Assembly (NCBI GenBank): GCA_963716255.1 | Contig: OY970303.1 | Span: 2,688,001-2,752,000 of the forward strand | DNA length: 64,000 nt | Direction: 5' to 3' | Source: an uncultured Gemmatimonadales bacterium | GTDB taxonomy: Bacteria > Gemmatimonadota > Gemmatimonadetes > Longimicrobiales > Longimicrobiaceae | Part shown: positions 29,710 through 37,210 of the stretch, piece after piece | How the letters are laid out: each line of letters opens with the position of its first letter | Numbering within the stretch: position 1 is the first letter of the stretch | Notes under the pieces: model-generated | Database searches by the model: none | What the model was told of the DNA's origin: nothing | What the model saw: only the letters and a program-made list of their open reading frames with translations | Position numbers and translations under genes: made by a program

Positions 29710-29916
29710 GGGACGCTCTGGTGAAGGGTCGCACCTCGCCCGACGGGCTTCCCGGGCACCAGGCGGCGGGAGAAGACCCGCGGTCACGACGAATCGTGCA
29801 TCCTCCGGGCGGCCGTGGCAAGCGGCAGGGTTGTCGCCGGGAAGTGGGGCCATATCTTTGACGGCGCGGGGGATGGGTCCCCCGCACCCGCCCGTCCCCC
29901 GCCGCACCCGCCTCCC

Positions 29917-32583
29917 ATGGCCTGGCAATCCACCCCCTTTTTCCCTCCGCTCGTCGTATCGGCGCTGATCCTCGCGCTGCTGGGCGCGTACGCGTGGCGG
30001 CACCGCCAGGTGCGCGGCGCCCCGGGGTTCATCATCCTCATGGGCGGCGGCGCCGTGTGGGCGGTGGCCTACGGGCTGCACCTGGCCGCCGCCGACCGCG
30101 CCTGGGCCGCCATCTGGATCGGCTTCATCTACCTGGGAATCGTGGCGCAGCCCATCGGCTGGCTCTTCCTGGCGGTGGAGTACGCCGGGTGGGGACGCGG
30201 GCTGAACCGCGGCAACGTGTCGCTGCTGGTGCTCGCACACCTGGCCTTCGTGGCGCTGGTCTTCACCAACGACCGGCACCACTGGGTCTTCCGCTCGTAC
30301 GAGATGGTGCGCGCGGGCGGGCGCATGGAGTTCGCCGCCGTGCCGGCCGCGGGCTTCTGGGTCAACGTGTGGACGTCGTACGCGCTGATCCTGTTCAGCA
30401 TGCTCCTGCTGTTCGTGCGGGCCGGCTCCGCGCCCCGCCTGTACCGCTGGCAGGTCGCCATCCTGGTCACCGGCTGGGTGGTCACCGCCATCCCCAACCT
30501 CCTCTTCCTGCTGGGCGACAGCCCCGTCCCGGGGATCAACCTCACCCCCTTCGTCTTTCCGCTCAAGGGCGCGCTGCTGACCGTCGGCATCTTCCGCTTC
30601 GGGCTGCTCTCCATCGTCCCCGTCGCCCGCGACGCGGTGATCGAGGCCATGCAGGAGGGGGTGATCGTGCTGGACGGCGCCGACCGGGTGGTGGACATCA
30701 ACCCCGCCGCGCAGGTCATCCTGGGGGCGCACTCGCGGCGGGTGATCGGCCGGCCGGTGCTGGACCTGCCGCACCTGGGGGAGGCCTGGGCCGCCCGCGG
30801 CCGCTCGCCGGGCGCGCCGGAGCTGACGGTGGGCGAGGGCGAGGAGGCCCGCACCTTCGACGTGCGGGTGTCCGCCGTGTCGGCGCCGCGGAGCGGGCTC
30901 AGCGGCCGCCTGGTGGTGCTGCGCGACGTGTCGGAGCGCGCGCGGATCGAGCAGGCGCTCCAGGACGCAAAGGACGCGGCGGAGGCGGCCAACCGCACCA
31001 AGAGCCAGTTCCTCGCCAACGTCAGCCACGAGCTGCGCACCCCGCTCAGCGGGATCCTGGGGAGCTGCGAGATCCTGGCGGAGGAAGCGGCCACTCCCCC
31101 GGCCATGGTCCCCGACCTGGAGCGGATCCGCGCGTCCGGGTACGAGCTGCTGCGGCTGATCGACGAGCTGCTGGACCTTTCCAAGATGGAGGCCGGGCGC
31201 ATCGAGCTGTCGCCGGAGCCGTTCGAGGTGGCGGTGCTGGTGCGCGAGGTGGCGGAGACGGTCCGCCCGCTGGCGGAGCGCAAGAACGTGGCCCTGGACG
31301 CGGACACGGCCCCGGACCCGGGGTGGGTGCTCGCGGACCGGGTGCGGCTGCGGCAGGTGCTCCTCAACCTGGTCGCCAACGCCGTCAAGTTCACGGAGTG
31401 CGGTGCGGTGCGCGTGGAGGCCCGCTGCGAGGGCGCCGCGGGGGAGACGGGCCAGGCGGTCTTCCGGGTGCGGGACACGGGGATCGGCATCACGCCGGAG
31501 CAGATCGAGCGCCTCTTCCAGCCCTTCGTGCAGGCGGACGCCTCCACCACGCGCCGCTACGGCGGCACCGGGCTGGGGCTGGCCATCGCGGAGCGCTTCT
31601 GCCGGCTGATGGGCGGGAGCATCGCGGTGGAGAGCGTCCCCGGCGAGGGCTCCACCTTCACGGTGACGCTCCCGGTGCGGCGCATCGCCGTGGCCCCGGC
31701 GGAAGCGGGCGCCGCCGCCGCGCCCGGCGGCGGCGCCACGGTGCTGGTGGTGGACGACGACGCGATGATCCGCGACGCCATCACCCGCATCCTGCGCGCG
31801 GAAGGGCTGCGGGTGGTCACCGGCGGGACGGGGGCGGACCTGCTGCGCCTGGCCCGCGAGCACGCGCCCGACCTAGTCACCCTGGACGCCATTCTCCCCG
31901 ACATGTCGGGTCCCGAGGCGCTGGCGCGGCTCCGCGAGCAGCCGGGCGGGCGCGGGATGCGGGTGGTGATGCTCACCGGGCTGGACCGCGACCACCTGGA
32001 CGGCGCGGCCACGGACGCGGAGTACCTGTCCAAGCCGGTGGACCGCAGGCGCCTGGTCGCCACGGTGCACCGGGTCCTCGCCGGCCGCGCCCCGGCGCCT
32101 GCGCCGGCGCACGGCCCCGGCGCTCCCCGGGCGGACGCGCCCGCCGCCCGGGCCGGCAAGGTGCTGCTGGTGGAGGACGACGCCACCACGCGGGGGATCC
32201 TGGCGCGGCGGCTGGCGGGGCGGGGGTTCCGGGTGGTGGAGGTGGAGGACGGGCTGGGGGCGGAGGCGGCGGTGGTGTCCGAGCGGCCGGACGTGGTGCT
32301 GCTGGACCTCAGCCTCCCCGGCAAGGACGGGTGGACGCTGGCCGCGGCGCTCAAGGCCGAGCCGGCCACGCGCCCCATCCCCATCATCGGCCTCACGGCG
32401 CACGCCATGCCCGGCGACCGGGAGCGCGCGCTCCGGGCCGGGTGCGACGAGTACGAGAGCAAGCCGGTGGACTTCCCGCGGCTGCTCTACAAGATGGACG
32501 TCATGCTGGGAGCCGCGGCCGCGGCGGCGGAGGGAGAAGCGGCCCGTTCCGCCGGGGAGCTGGCGGGGGCGGCGGGAGACTGA
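29917..32583 (+). CDS. Hybrid sensor histidine kinase (7TM N-terminus, PAS, HisKA, HATPase, two receivers)
   Basis: TM block, [36 protein letters not shown], and two REC domains (VLVVDDD, VLLVEDD). Confidence 0.93.
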   Translation: MAWQSTPFFPPLVVSALILALLGAYAWRHRQVRGAPGFIILMGGGAVWAVAYGLHLAAADRAWAAIWIGFIYLGIVAQPIGWLFLAVEYAGWGRGLNRGNVSLLVLAHLAFVALVFTNDRHHWVFRSYEMVRAGGRMEFAAVPAAGFWVNVWTSYALILFSMLLLFVRAGSAPRLYRWQVAILVTGWVVTAIPNLLFLLGDSPVPGINLTPFVFPLKGALLTVGIFRFGLLSIVPVARDAVIEAMQEGVIVLDGADRVVDINPAAQVILGAHSRRVIGRPVLDLPHLGEAWAARGRSPGAPELTVGEGEEARTFDVRVSAVSAPRSGLSGRLVVLRDVSERARIEQALQDAKDAAEAANRTKSQFLANVSHELRTPLSGILGSCEILAEEAATPPAMVPDLERIRASGYELLRLIDELLDLSKMEAGRIELSPEPFEVAVLVREVAETVRPLAERKNVALDADTAPDPGWVLADRVRLRQVLLNLVANAVKFTECGAVRVEARCEGAAGETGQAVFRVRDTGIGITPEQIERLFQPFVQADASTTRRYGGTGLGLAIAERFCRLMGGSIAVESVPGEGSTFTVTLPVRRIAVAPAEAGAAAAPGGGATVLVVDDDAMIRDAITRILRAEGLRVVTGGTGADLLRLAREHAPDLVTLDAILPDMSGPEALARLREQPGGRGMRVVMLTGLDRDHLDGAATDAEYLSKPVDRRRLVATVHRVLAGRAPAPAPAHGPGAPRADAPAARAGKVLLVEDDATTRGILARRLAGRGFRVVEVEDGLGAEAAVVSERPDVVLLDLSLPGKDGWTLAAALKAEPATRPIPIIGLTAHAMPGDRERALRAGCDEYESKPVDFPRLLYKMDVMLGAAAAAAEGEAARSAGELAGAAGD

Positions 32584-32735
32584 GGCCGCACATTGCCAGG
32601 GTCTCGCCCATCGCGGTTCAGCCGCTCCTTCATTAAGTTCCCCCGGGCGCTGGGGTCAGCCTCCGCGCTGCTGTTAAGCCCTGGCTGCCAGCCGCAGGCG
32701 CCCAACAGCTCCAACGTCTTACATCGTCTATCGCG

Positions 32736-33560
32736 ATGCTCGGAATCGTTCATCTGACAGATTTGCATTTCGGGAAGGGCTCAGAAGAGGTGTTCGCCGA
32801 TAAGCACAGGCTTCTTGCAAGCCTAGTCGCCGCCGTTGAGGGTCCTCTCGCAGACGCGAGCCAGCGGCTCCTGGTCGTCTCCGGCGACCTCGTGTACCAA
32901 GGGCGCACGGGAGCGTATGCAGAGGCGGAACGCTTCATTGACGACCTCCGGCATAGGCTATCTATCCACGATACCGACCTCGTGATCTGCCCCGGGAATC
33001 ACGACATCATTCGCGGGCAAGCCGATCCGTTCCACCCGCTGAACCAGTTGATCTACCGGCTGACGCACCGCTCAGAGCGGACATTCACTCATGCGCAGAG
33101 GAACTTCCTAATCGCGGTGGGTGAAGTGGATGTCCTAGTGTTCAACTCCGCGTTCCGCGGCGATGACGGCTACGGCTTCGTCGACCTATCGCCCGGAGCC
33201 TTTCCGGACGTTCGGGAAACGTCCAGGCTTAGGGTCGCTGTACTGCACCACAACCTTCTTGGGGTGTACGAGGACGACGCGTCCACGCTTCGGAACGCGT
33301 ACCCGTTTCTGGCGTACCTCGCCCACCAGGGCGTGGACCTCGTCCTTCACGGTCACCAGCACTCGCTGCAGGACCTGCCCAGCACGGCGACGTCCTGCCG
33401 GATCGTGGGGTGCGGGTCACTGAACTTCCGCAACCCGGGCGGCAACCCAAACCAGTTCAACCTTGTCCTTGCCTCTCCGGAAGGCATTCGTGTCCTGCGT
33501 CACCTCTGGGACCCCGACCTGATCGGGGGAGGGGCACGGGGCGGGTGGCGAGTATCCTGA
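32736..33560 (+). CDS. Calcineurin-like metallophosphoesterase
   Basis: All five motifs are present: DLH (HLTDLHFG), GD (VSGDLV), GNHD, HH (VLHH) and GHxH (LHGHQH). Confidence 0.9.
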   Translation: MLGIVHLTDLHFGKGSEEVFADKHRLLASLVAAVEGPLADASQRLLVVSGDLVYQGRTGAYAEAERFIDDLRHRLSIHDTDLVICPGNHDIIRGQADPFHPLNQLIYRLTHRSERTFTHAQRNFLIAVGEVDVLVFNSAFRGDDGYGFVDLSPGAFPDVRETSRLRVAVLHHNLLGVYEDDASTLRNAYPFLAYLAHQGVDLVLHGHQHSLQDLPSTATSCRIVGCGSLNFRNPGGNPNQFNLVLASPEGIRVLRHLWDPDLIGGGARGGWRVS

Positions 33561-33582
33561 CCAACTTTCAATCGAGCAAGGC

Positions 33583-34227
33583 ATGAGTTTATTCGGCGGC
33601 CACTTCGTCGTGTTCGAAGGGCTCGATGGGTCCGGGACCTCTACCCAGGCGCGCATGCTCCAGGAGGCGCTCTCGCGGGAGTTTCCGAAGGTGTTCCTGA
33701 CGTCGGAGCCTACCACCGGTCCCGTGGGCAACCTGATCCGGCTTGCGATGTCCCACCGGCTCCACTTCGCCGACGATCCCCGCACGGAGGACCACCAGCT
33801 AGCGTACCTATTCGCTGCTGACCGATACGACCACCTCCACAACGAGGTGGACGGAATTCTCAAGCAGCTCCGGTCGGGTTCGCTGGTGATCTCCACGCGC
33901 TACTATCTCTCGTCCTTCGCGTACCACTCCCAGAGCGACGCGGATTTCGAGCTCATCGAGCGCCTGAACCGTGGCTTCCCCCCAGCGGATATCACCTTCT
34001 TCGTGGACTGCCCAGTCGACACCTGCCTCCGGCGGATCGAGCAGCGCCAGTACGTGAGCGAGAAGTACGAGCACAGGGCCAAGCTCGTCGCCGTGCGAGA
34101 GCGGTACGAACAGGCGCTCCAAGGGTACGGCCACAGGCTGCACAGGGTGGACGGGGAGCAGGCCCCTGACGCGCTGCACAGCCAGATTCTCCAGCTGGTG
34201 AGGGACGCTATATGCCCAACGAAGTGA
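33583..34227 (+). CDS. Thymidylate-kinase-like dNMP kinase with variant motifs
   Basis: FEGLDGSGTSTQ P-loop, SEPT.GPVG, LFAADR..H, TRY..SS.AY and ADITFFVD. Confidence 0.88.
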   Translation: MSLFGGHFVVFEGLDGSGTSTQARMLQEALSREFPKVFLTSEPTTGPVGNLIRLAMSHRLHFADDPRTEDHQLAYLFAADRYDHLHNEVDGILKQLRSGSLVISTRYYLSSFAYHSQSDADFELIERLNRGFPPADITFFVDCPVDTCLRRIEQRQYVSEKYEHRAKLVAVRERYEQALQGYGHRLHRVDGEQAPDALHSQILQLVRDAICPTK

Positions 34228-35093
34228 GTCGGGTCTTCGACGAGATCGTCCGCGAAGCGGAGGGTCTCTGCGCGGACGGTACCGTGCACAACCTGTTTCT
34301 CCGGCGGGAGTTCCCGATCGAGGTCATCGACGACCCGTTCGGCGGGCTGCACGAAGAAAAAGCCGCCGCCTGGCAGCAGCCGACCCGCCCGGGGTTCCTG
34401 CACCTCAACCACGGTGAGTACATCCACCGCTCGGGAGACGGGACTGGGTACATCATCGAGGAGCTGACTAGGAAGGGAGACAGCAACCGCGCCCTGTTCA
34501 GCCTGATCGACATGGAGGACGTCATCCGGAGCGGGGACAACCCAATCCCTTCGTTCATGGTCCTCCAGTTTAGCCGGTCGGGCTCCACTCTGCACTGCAC
34601 GGCCTACTTCCGCGCGCTCGAGGTGTGGAACTTCCTCCCGATCAACCTGACGGAGATGTGCCAGGTCATGCGCCAGATCCGCGACGCGTTTCCGGACCTA
34701 GTCCGGGTCGCACTCTGCGTGCACGCATTCCGGGCGTACATGAATCGGGAATTCGACTGCCTGGAGATCTCCGCGATCGACCGCATGAAGCAGGGAGAAG
34801 TCGCCCTGCTGGTGTACACAGGACAGAAGGACCGGCTGCGCGAACTCCTCGAGCACAAGATGAGGGAATCTTCCGTTGTCCGCACCGAGGGCCTCACCGA
34901 GGTTCTGACGGGTGCCCAGAACGACGGTGCGGTCCCGTATGGAGCCGATTTCGTCCGGAACGTTGAGCAGGCGCTGGAGCGGCTCAGGGCCGTGGCCCAG
35001 CTCCGGACCCGCGCGTCCCACGCGGAAGAGATCTCTCGGGTCACGGGGGAGTTCCGCACCTATCTGGAACGGGCCATCGCGGAGATACGCTGA
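34212..35093 (+). CDS. Thymidylate-synthase-fold protein lacking the catalytic Cys
   Basis: TS-like motif order: YIIEEL..K.DSNRA, PIPSFMVLQF, LHCTAYFRALE..FLPINL. Carries a C-terminal helical extension. Confidence 0.7.
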   Translation: MPNEVSRVFDEIVREAEGLCADGTVHNLFLRREFPIEVIDDPFGGLHEEKAAAWQQPTRPGFLHLNHGEYIHRSGDGTGYIIEELTRKGDSNRALFSLIDMEDVIRSGDNPIPSFMVLQFSRSGSTLHCTAYFRALEVWNFLPINLTEMCQVMRQIRDAFPDLVRVALCVHAFRAYMNREFDCLEISAIDRMKQGEVALLVYTGQKDRLRELLEHKMRESSVVRTEGLTEVLTGAQNDGAVPYGADFVRNVEQALERLRAVAQLRTRASHAEEISRVTGEFRTYLERAIAEIR

Positions 35094-35431
35094 TGCAGCT
35101 CCAGGACATCATGAAGGCCCAGGAGGAGTTTGACAGGCGGCACTCGGGACGGAGCGAGTTCTTCGTCGAGATCGACGACGCCAAAGTGGAGCGCCTGGAA
35201 CATCTGATCGTCTGCATGGCGGGCGAGCTCGGCGAGTTAGCCAACCTCGCGAAGAAGGCCGCGCGGGGTGACTTCTCCCTATCCGACGTCCGGCGCGACA
35301 TCTCCGAGGAGGTCACCGACATGTTCATCTACGTGATCAAGCTCTGCAACGAGATGAACATCGACTTGGAGACTGAGTACCACCGCAAGATGCAGCGCAA
35401 CCAGGATCGCTTTCGCAGGTACGAGCGATGA
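35093..35431 (+). CDS. MazG-like all-alpha NTP pyrophosphatase (DCTPP1/RS21-C6-like size)
   Basis: GELGELANLAKK...SEEVTDMFIY...IDLE....KM..N..RF gives the ExxE/ExxD acidic quartet. TGATG coupling to the upstream gene. Confidence 0.88.
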   Translation: MQLQDIMKAQEEFDRRHSGRSEFFVEIDDAKVERLEHLIVCMAGELGELANLAKKAARGDFSLSDVRRDISEEVTDMFIYVIKLCNEMNIDLETEYHRKMQRNQDRFRRYER

Positions 35432-36411
35432 ACGTATTCACCGGCGAGCAGTTCACGCCGCTCTACCTCGAGATTCTTTCAGCTTTTCGCGAGGGGCACC
35501 CACCTCTGTTTCCCTCCCGAATCGGGAACTACTTCGAACTAGGCCATTCGATCATCGAATTGAGCGGGGACGGGAGCCGGTGGTGTCTCCTGCCTGGTCG
35601 TGCTCTCAACCCATTCTTTGCCCTGTTCGAGATCTCCTGGATCCTGAGCGGCTCGAATCGGCTGGAAGGTCTCCAATACTTCATCCGGGACTACGGCAAG
35701 TACAGCGACGACGGAGAGACCCTGACGGGAGCTTACGGATACCGGCTCCGGAAGTACTTCGGTGTGGACCAGATCGAGCGTGTCATTGACGTTCTCGACG
35801 CGGACCCTGCAAGCCGTAGGTCGACTCTTGCCCTCTGGTCGGTGGACGACCTCGGGCGCGAGTCCAGGGACATCCCGTGCAACGTTCTGGTGAACGTGAA
35901 GGTCCGGGCTGGAAGGCTCGACGTGTCAGTGGCGAACCGCTCGAATGACGCGTTCCTGGGAGTTCCCTACAACATCCTCCAGTTCAACGCTCTGCAGAAA
36001 TACCTCGCATGGCGGCTTGGAGTAGAGGTGGGAACTCAGGTGCACTTCATCGACTCTCTTCACCTGTACGAAAGCACCACCGGGAAGGTAGACAACATTC
36101 TTCTCGAGGAGAGGACGCGGCAGCAGGGCGGCCTCCCGCCCTCGATCAGAAGGAGCGACCTGTCCGAGTACGTCCCCTGTGACCACGAGTACCTTGCGAC
36201 CCACTACGACGAGCCCAGCGGCGAGGAGAACCAATTTCTCCGGGTAAGGGACAGTTACATCCACTGGAGGAGTGGCAAGCGCGAGCTTGCACTCGACATG
36301 TTGCCGAAAACTGAGATCGGCATTGTAGCAGCCCAGTGGTATCGCTCTCGCCCCGATTTTACGCTCGGCCTTCCGGGCTGGTTACAGGAGATGAATGAAC
36401 ATGGGGATTGA
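35428..36411 (+). CDS. Thymidylate synthase homologue, dUMP hydroxymethylase-like
   Basis: NPFFALFEISWILSG, YSDDGETL.GAYGYRLR, DPASRR, catalytic DIPC, NRSND..LG.PYN and SLHLYE. ATGA coupling to the upstream gene. Confidence 0.88.
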   Translation: MNVFTGEQFTPLYLEILSAFREGHPPLFPSRIGNYFELGHSIIELSGDGSRWCLLPGRALNPFFALFEISWILSGSNRLEGLQYFIRDYGKYSDDGETLTGAYGYRLRKYFGVDQIERVIDVLDADPASRRSTLALWSVDDLGRESRDIPCNVLVNVKVRAGRLDVSVANRSNDAFLGVPYNILQFNALQKYLAWRLGVEVGTQVHFIDSLHLYESTTGKVDNILLEERTRQQGGLPPSIRRSDLSEYVPCDHEYLATHYDEPSGEENQFLRVRDSYIHWRSGKRELALDMLPKTEIGIVAAQWYRSRPDFTLGLPGWLQEMNEHGD

Positions 36412-36775
36412 CATGCGCTCAGTCTATGGACTCAAGCATGCCCCTCCAGGTGTGCTGGTTGGTTCGCTTGAGGATCTGGCACGAGCTTTTACGGGATCCG
36501 GGGAAGCGCTCGCGGCCGAAGTCGCTGGAGCACTGAAAAACTTACCATACGCTACTGTTTATCCTCCTGGGTCTTTTGCACTGCGCAAACTTGCAGTAAC
36601 GGCAGTTCTATTAGAGGAAATTTTCAACATGCCTGATCTAAACACTGTGCGGATGAACCTGGCGAGTGTTCGGGACGCGTGTGATGCACTAGGCATATCG
36701 TATGAAGAGGCTGTCATGTGTATGCGCCGGCTAGAGGGCATACAGCGAGTTCTTACAGGTGCTGTTGAACACTGA
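36395..36775 (+). CDS. Hypothetical protein, last gene of the low-GC island
   Basis: 126-aa ORF overlapping the previous stop, with AGGAG upstream. Codon usage is AT-rich and atypical. Confidence 0.6.
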   Translation: MNMGIDMRSVYGLKHAPPGVLVGSLEDLARAFTGSGEALAAEVAGALKNLPYATVYPPGSFALRKLAVTAVLLEEIFNMPDLNTVRMNLASVRDACDALGISYEEAVMCMRRLEGIQRVLTGAVEH

Positions 36776-37210
36776 ATCTCAAGCGGATTGTCAGAGTGAG
36801 TGGCAGGTGATGATTAGAAGACAGCGTTGACAGTCGGAAAAACCGTTGTCTGTTGTTGACGGGTTTCACTGTTGGATTATCTACAAGTACACAAGAGGTC
36901 GTGGGAGCGACAGGAATGCCTTCGTGCTGGACTCTGGAAGTGCACTGGGTGCCTGTGCTGTACATGCATCCCAACGCATCACTCCGTGAGCGGACACGAA
37001 CGCTGGTAGAGTCTAGTTGAATTGTAGGGCATCAAGAAGACGCTGTGATGCGTTCCGTATGCCAAACGTTTCCTTGTCCGCGCTCCCGCGTTCCGGTAAG
37101 CTGAGGCAGGCGCCGCGCGGCACTTGGACGCCGGCGCCCCGGGAACGCGGTACCCAGGACGCAGCATGCTCGCCCCGCCCACCACTCCCATTCCGCCGCT
37201 TCTCGTCGCC

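Noticed and set aside
32736..36775. The nucleotide-modification island as a prophage remnant
   Set aside because: No structural, replication, lysis or integrase genes are present, and the ORFs are intact and tightly coupled. A distant phage origin is still possible.
36753..36974. 73-aa minus-strand ORF in the island tail
   Set aside because: It has no motif and no clear RBS, and it overlaps the end of the upstream gene on the opposite strand.
32580..37107. CTGAGGC at 32580-32586 and 37101-37107 as a target-site duplication for the island
   Set aside because: It lies near both compositional boundaries, but 7 bp is short enough to arise by chance. No integrase or tRNA is present, and an empty-site genome would be needed to test it.
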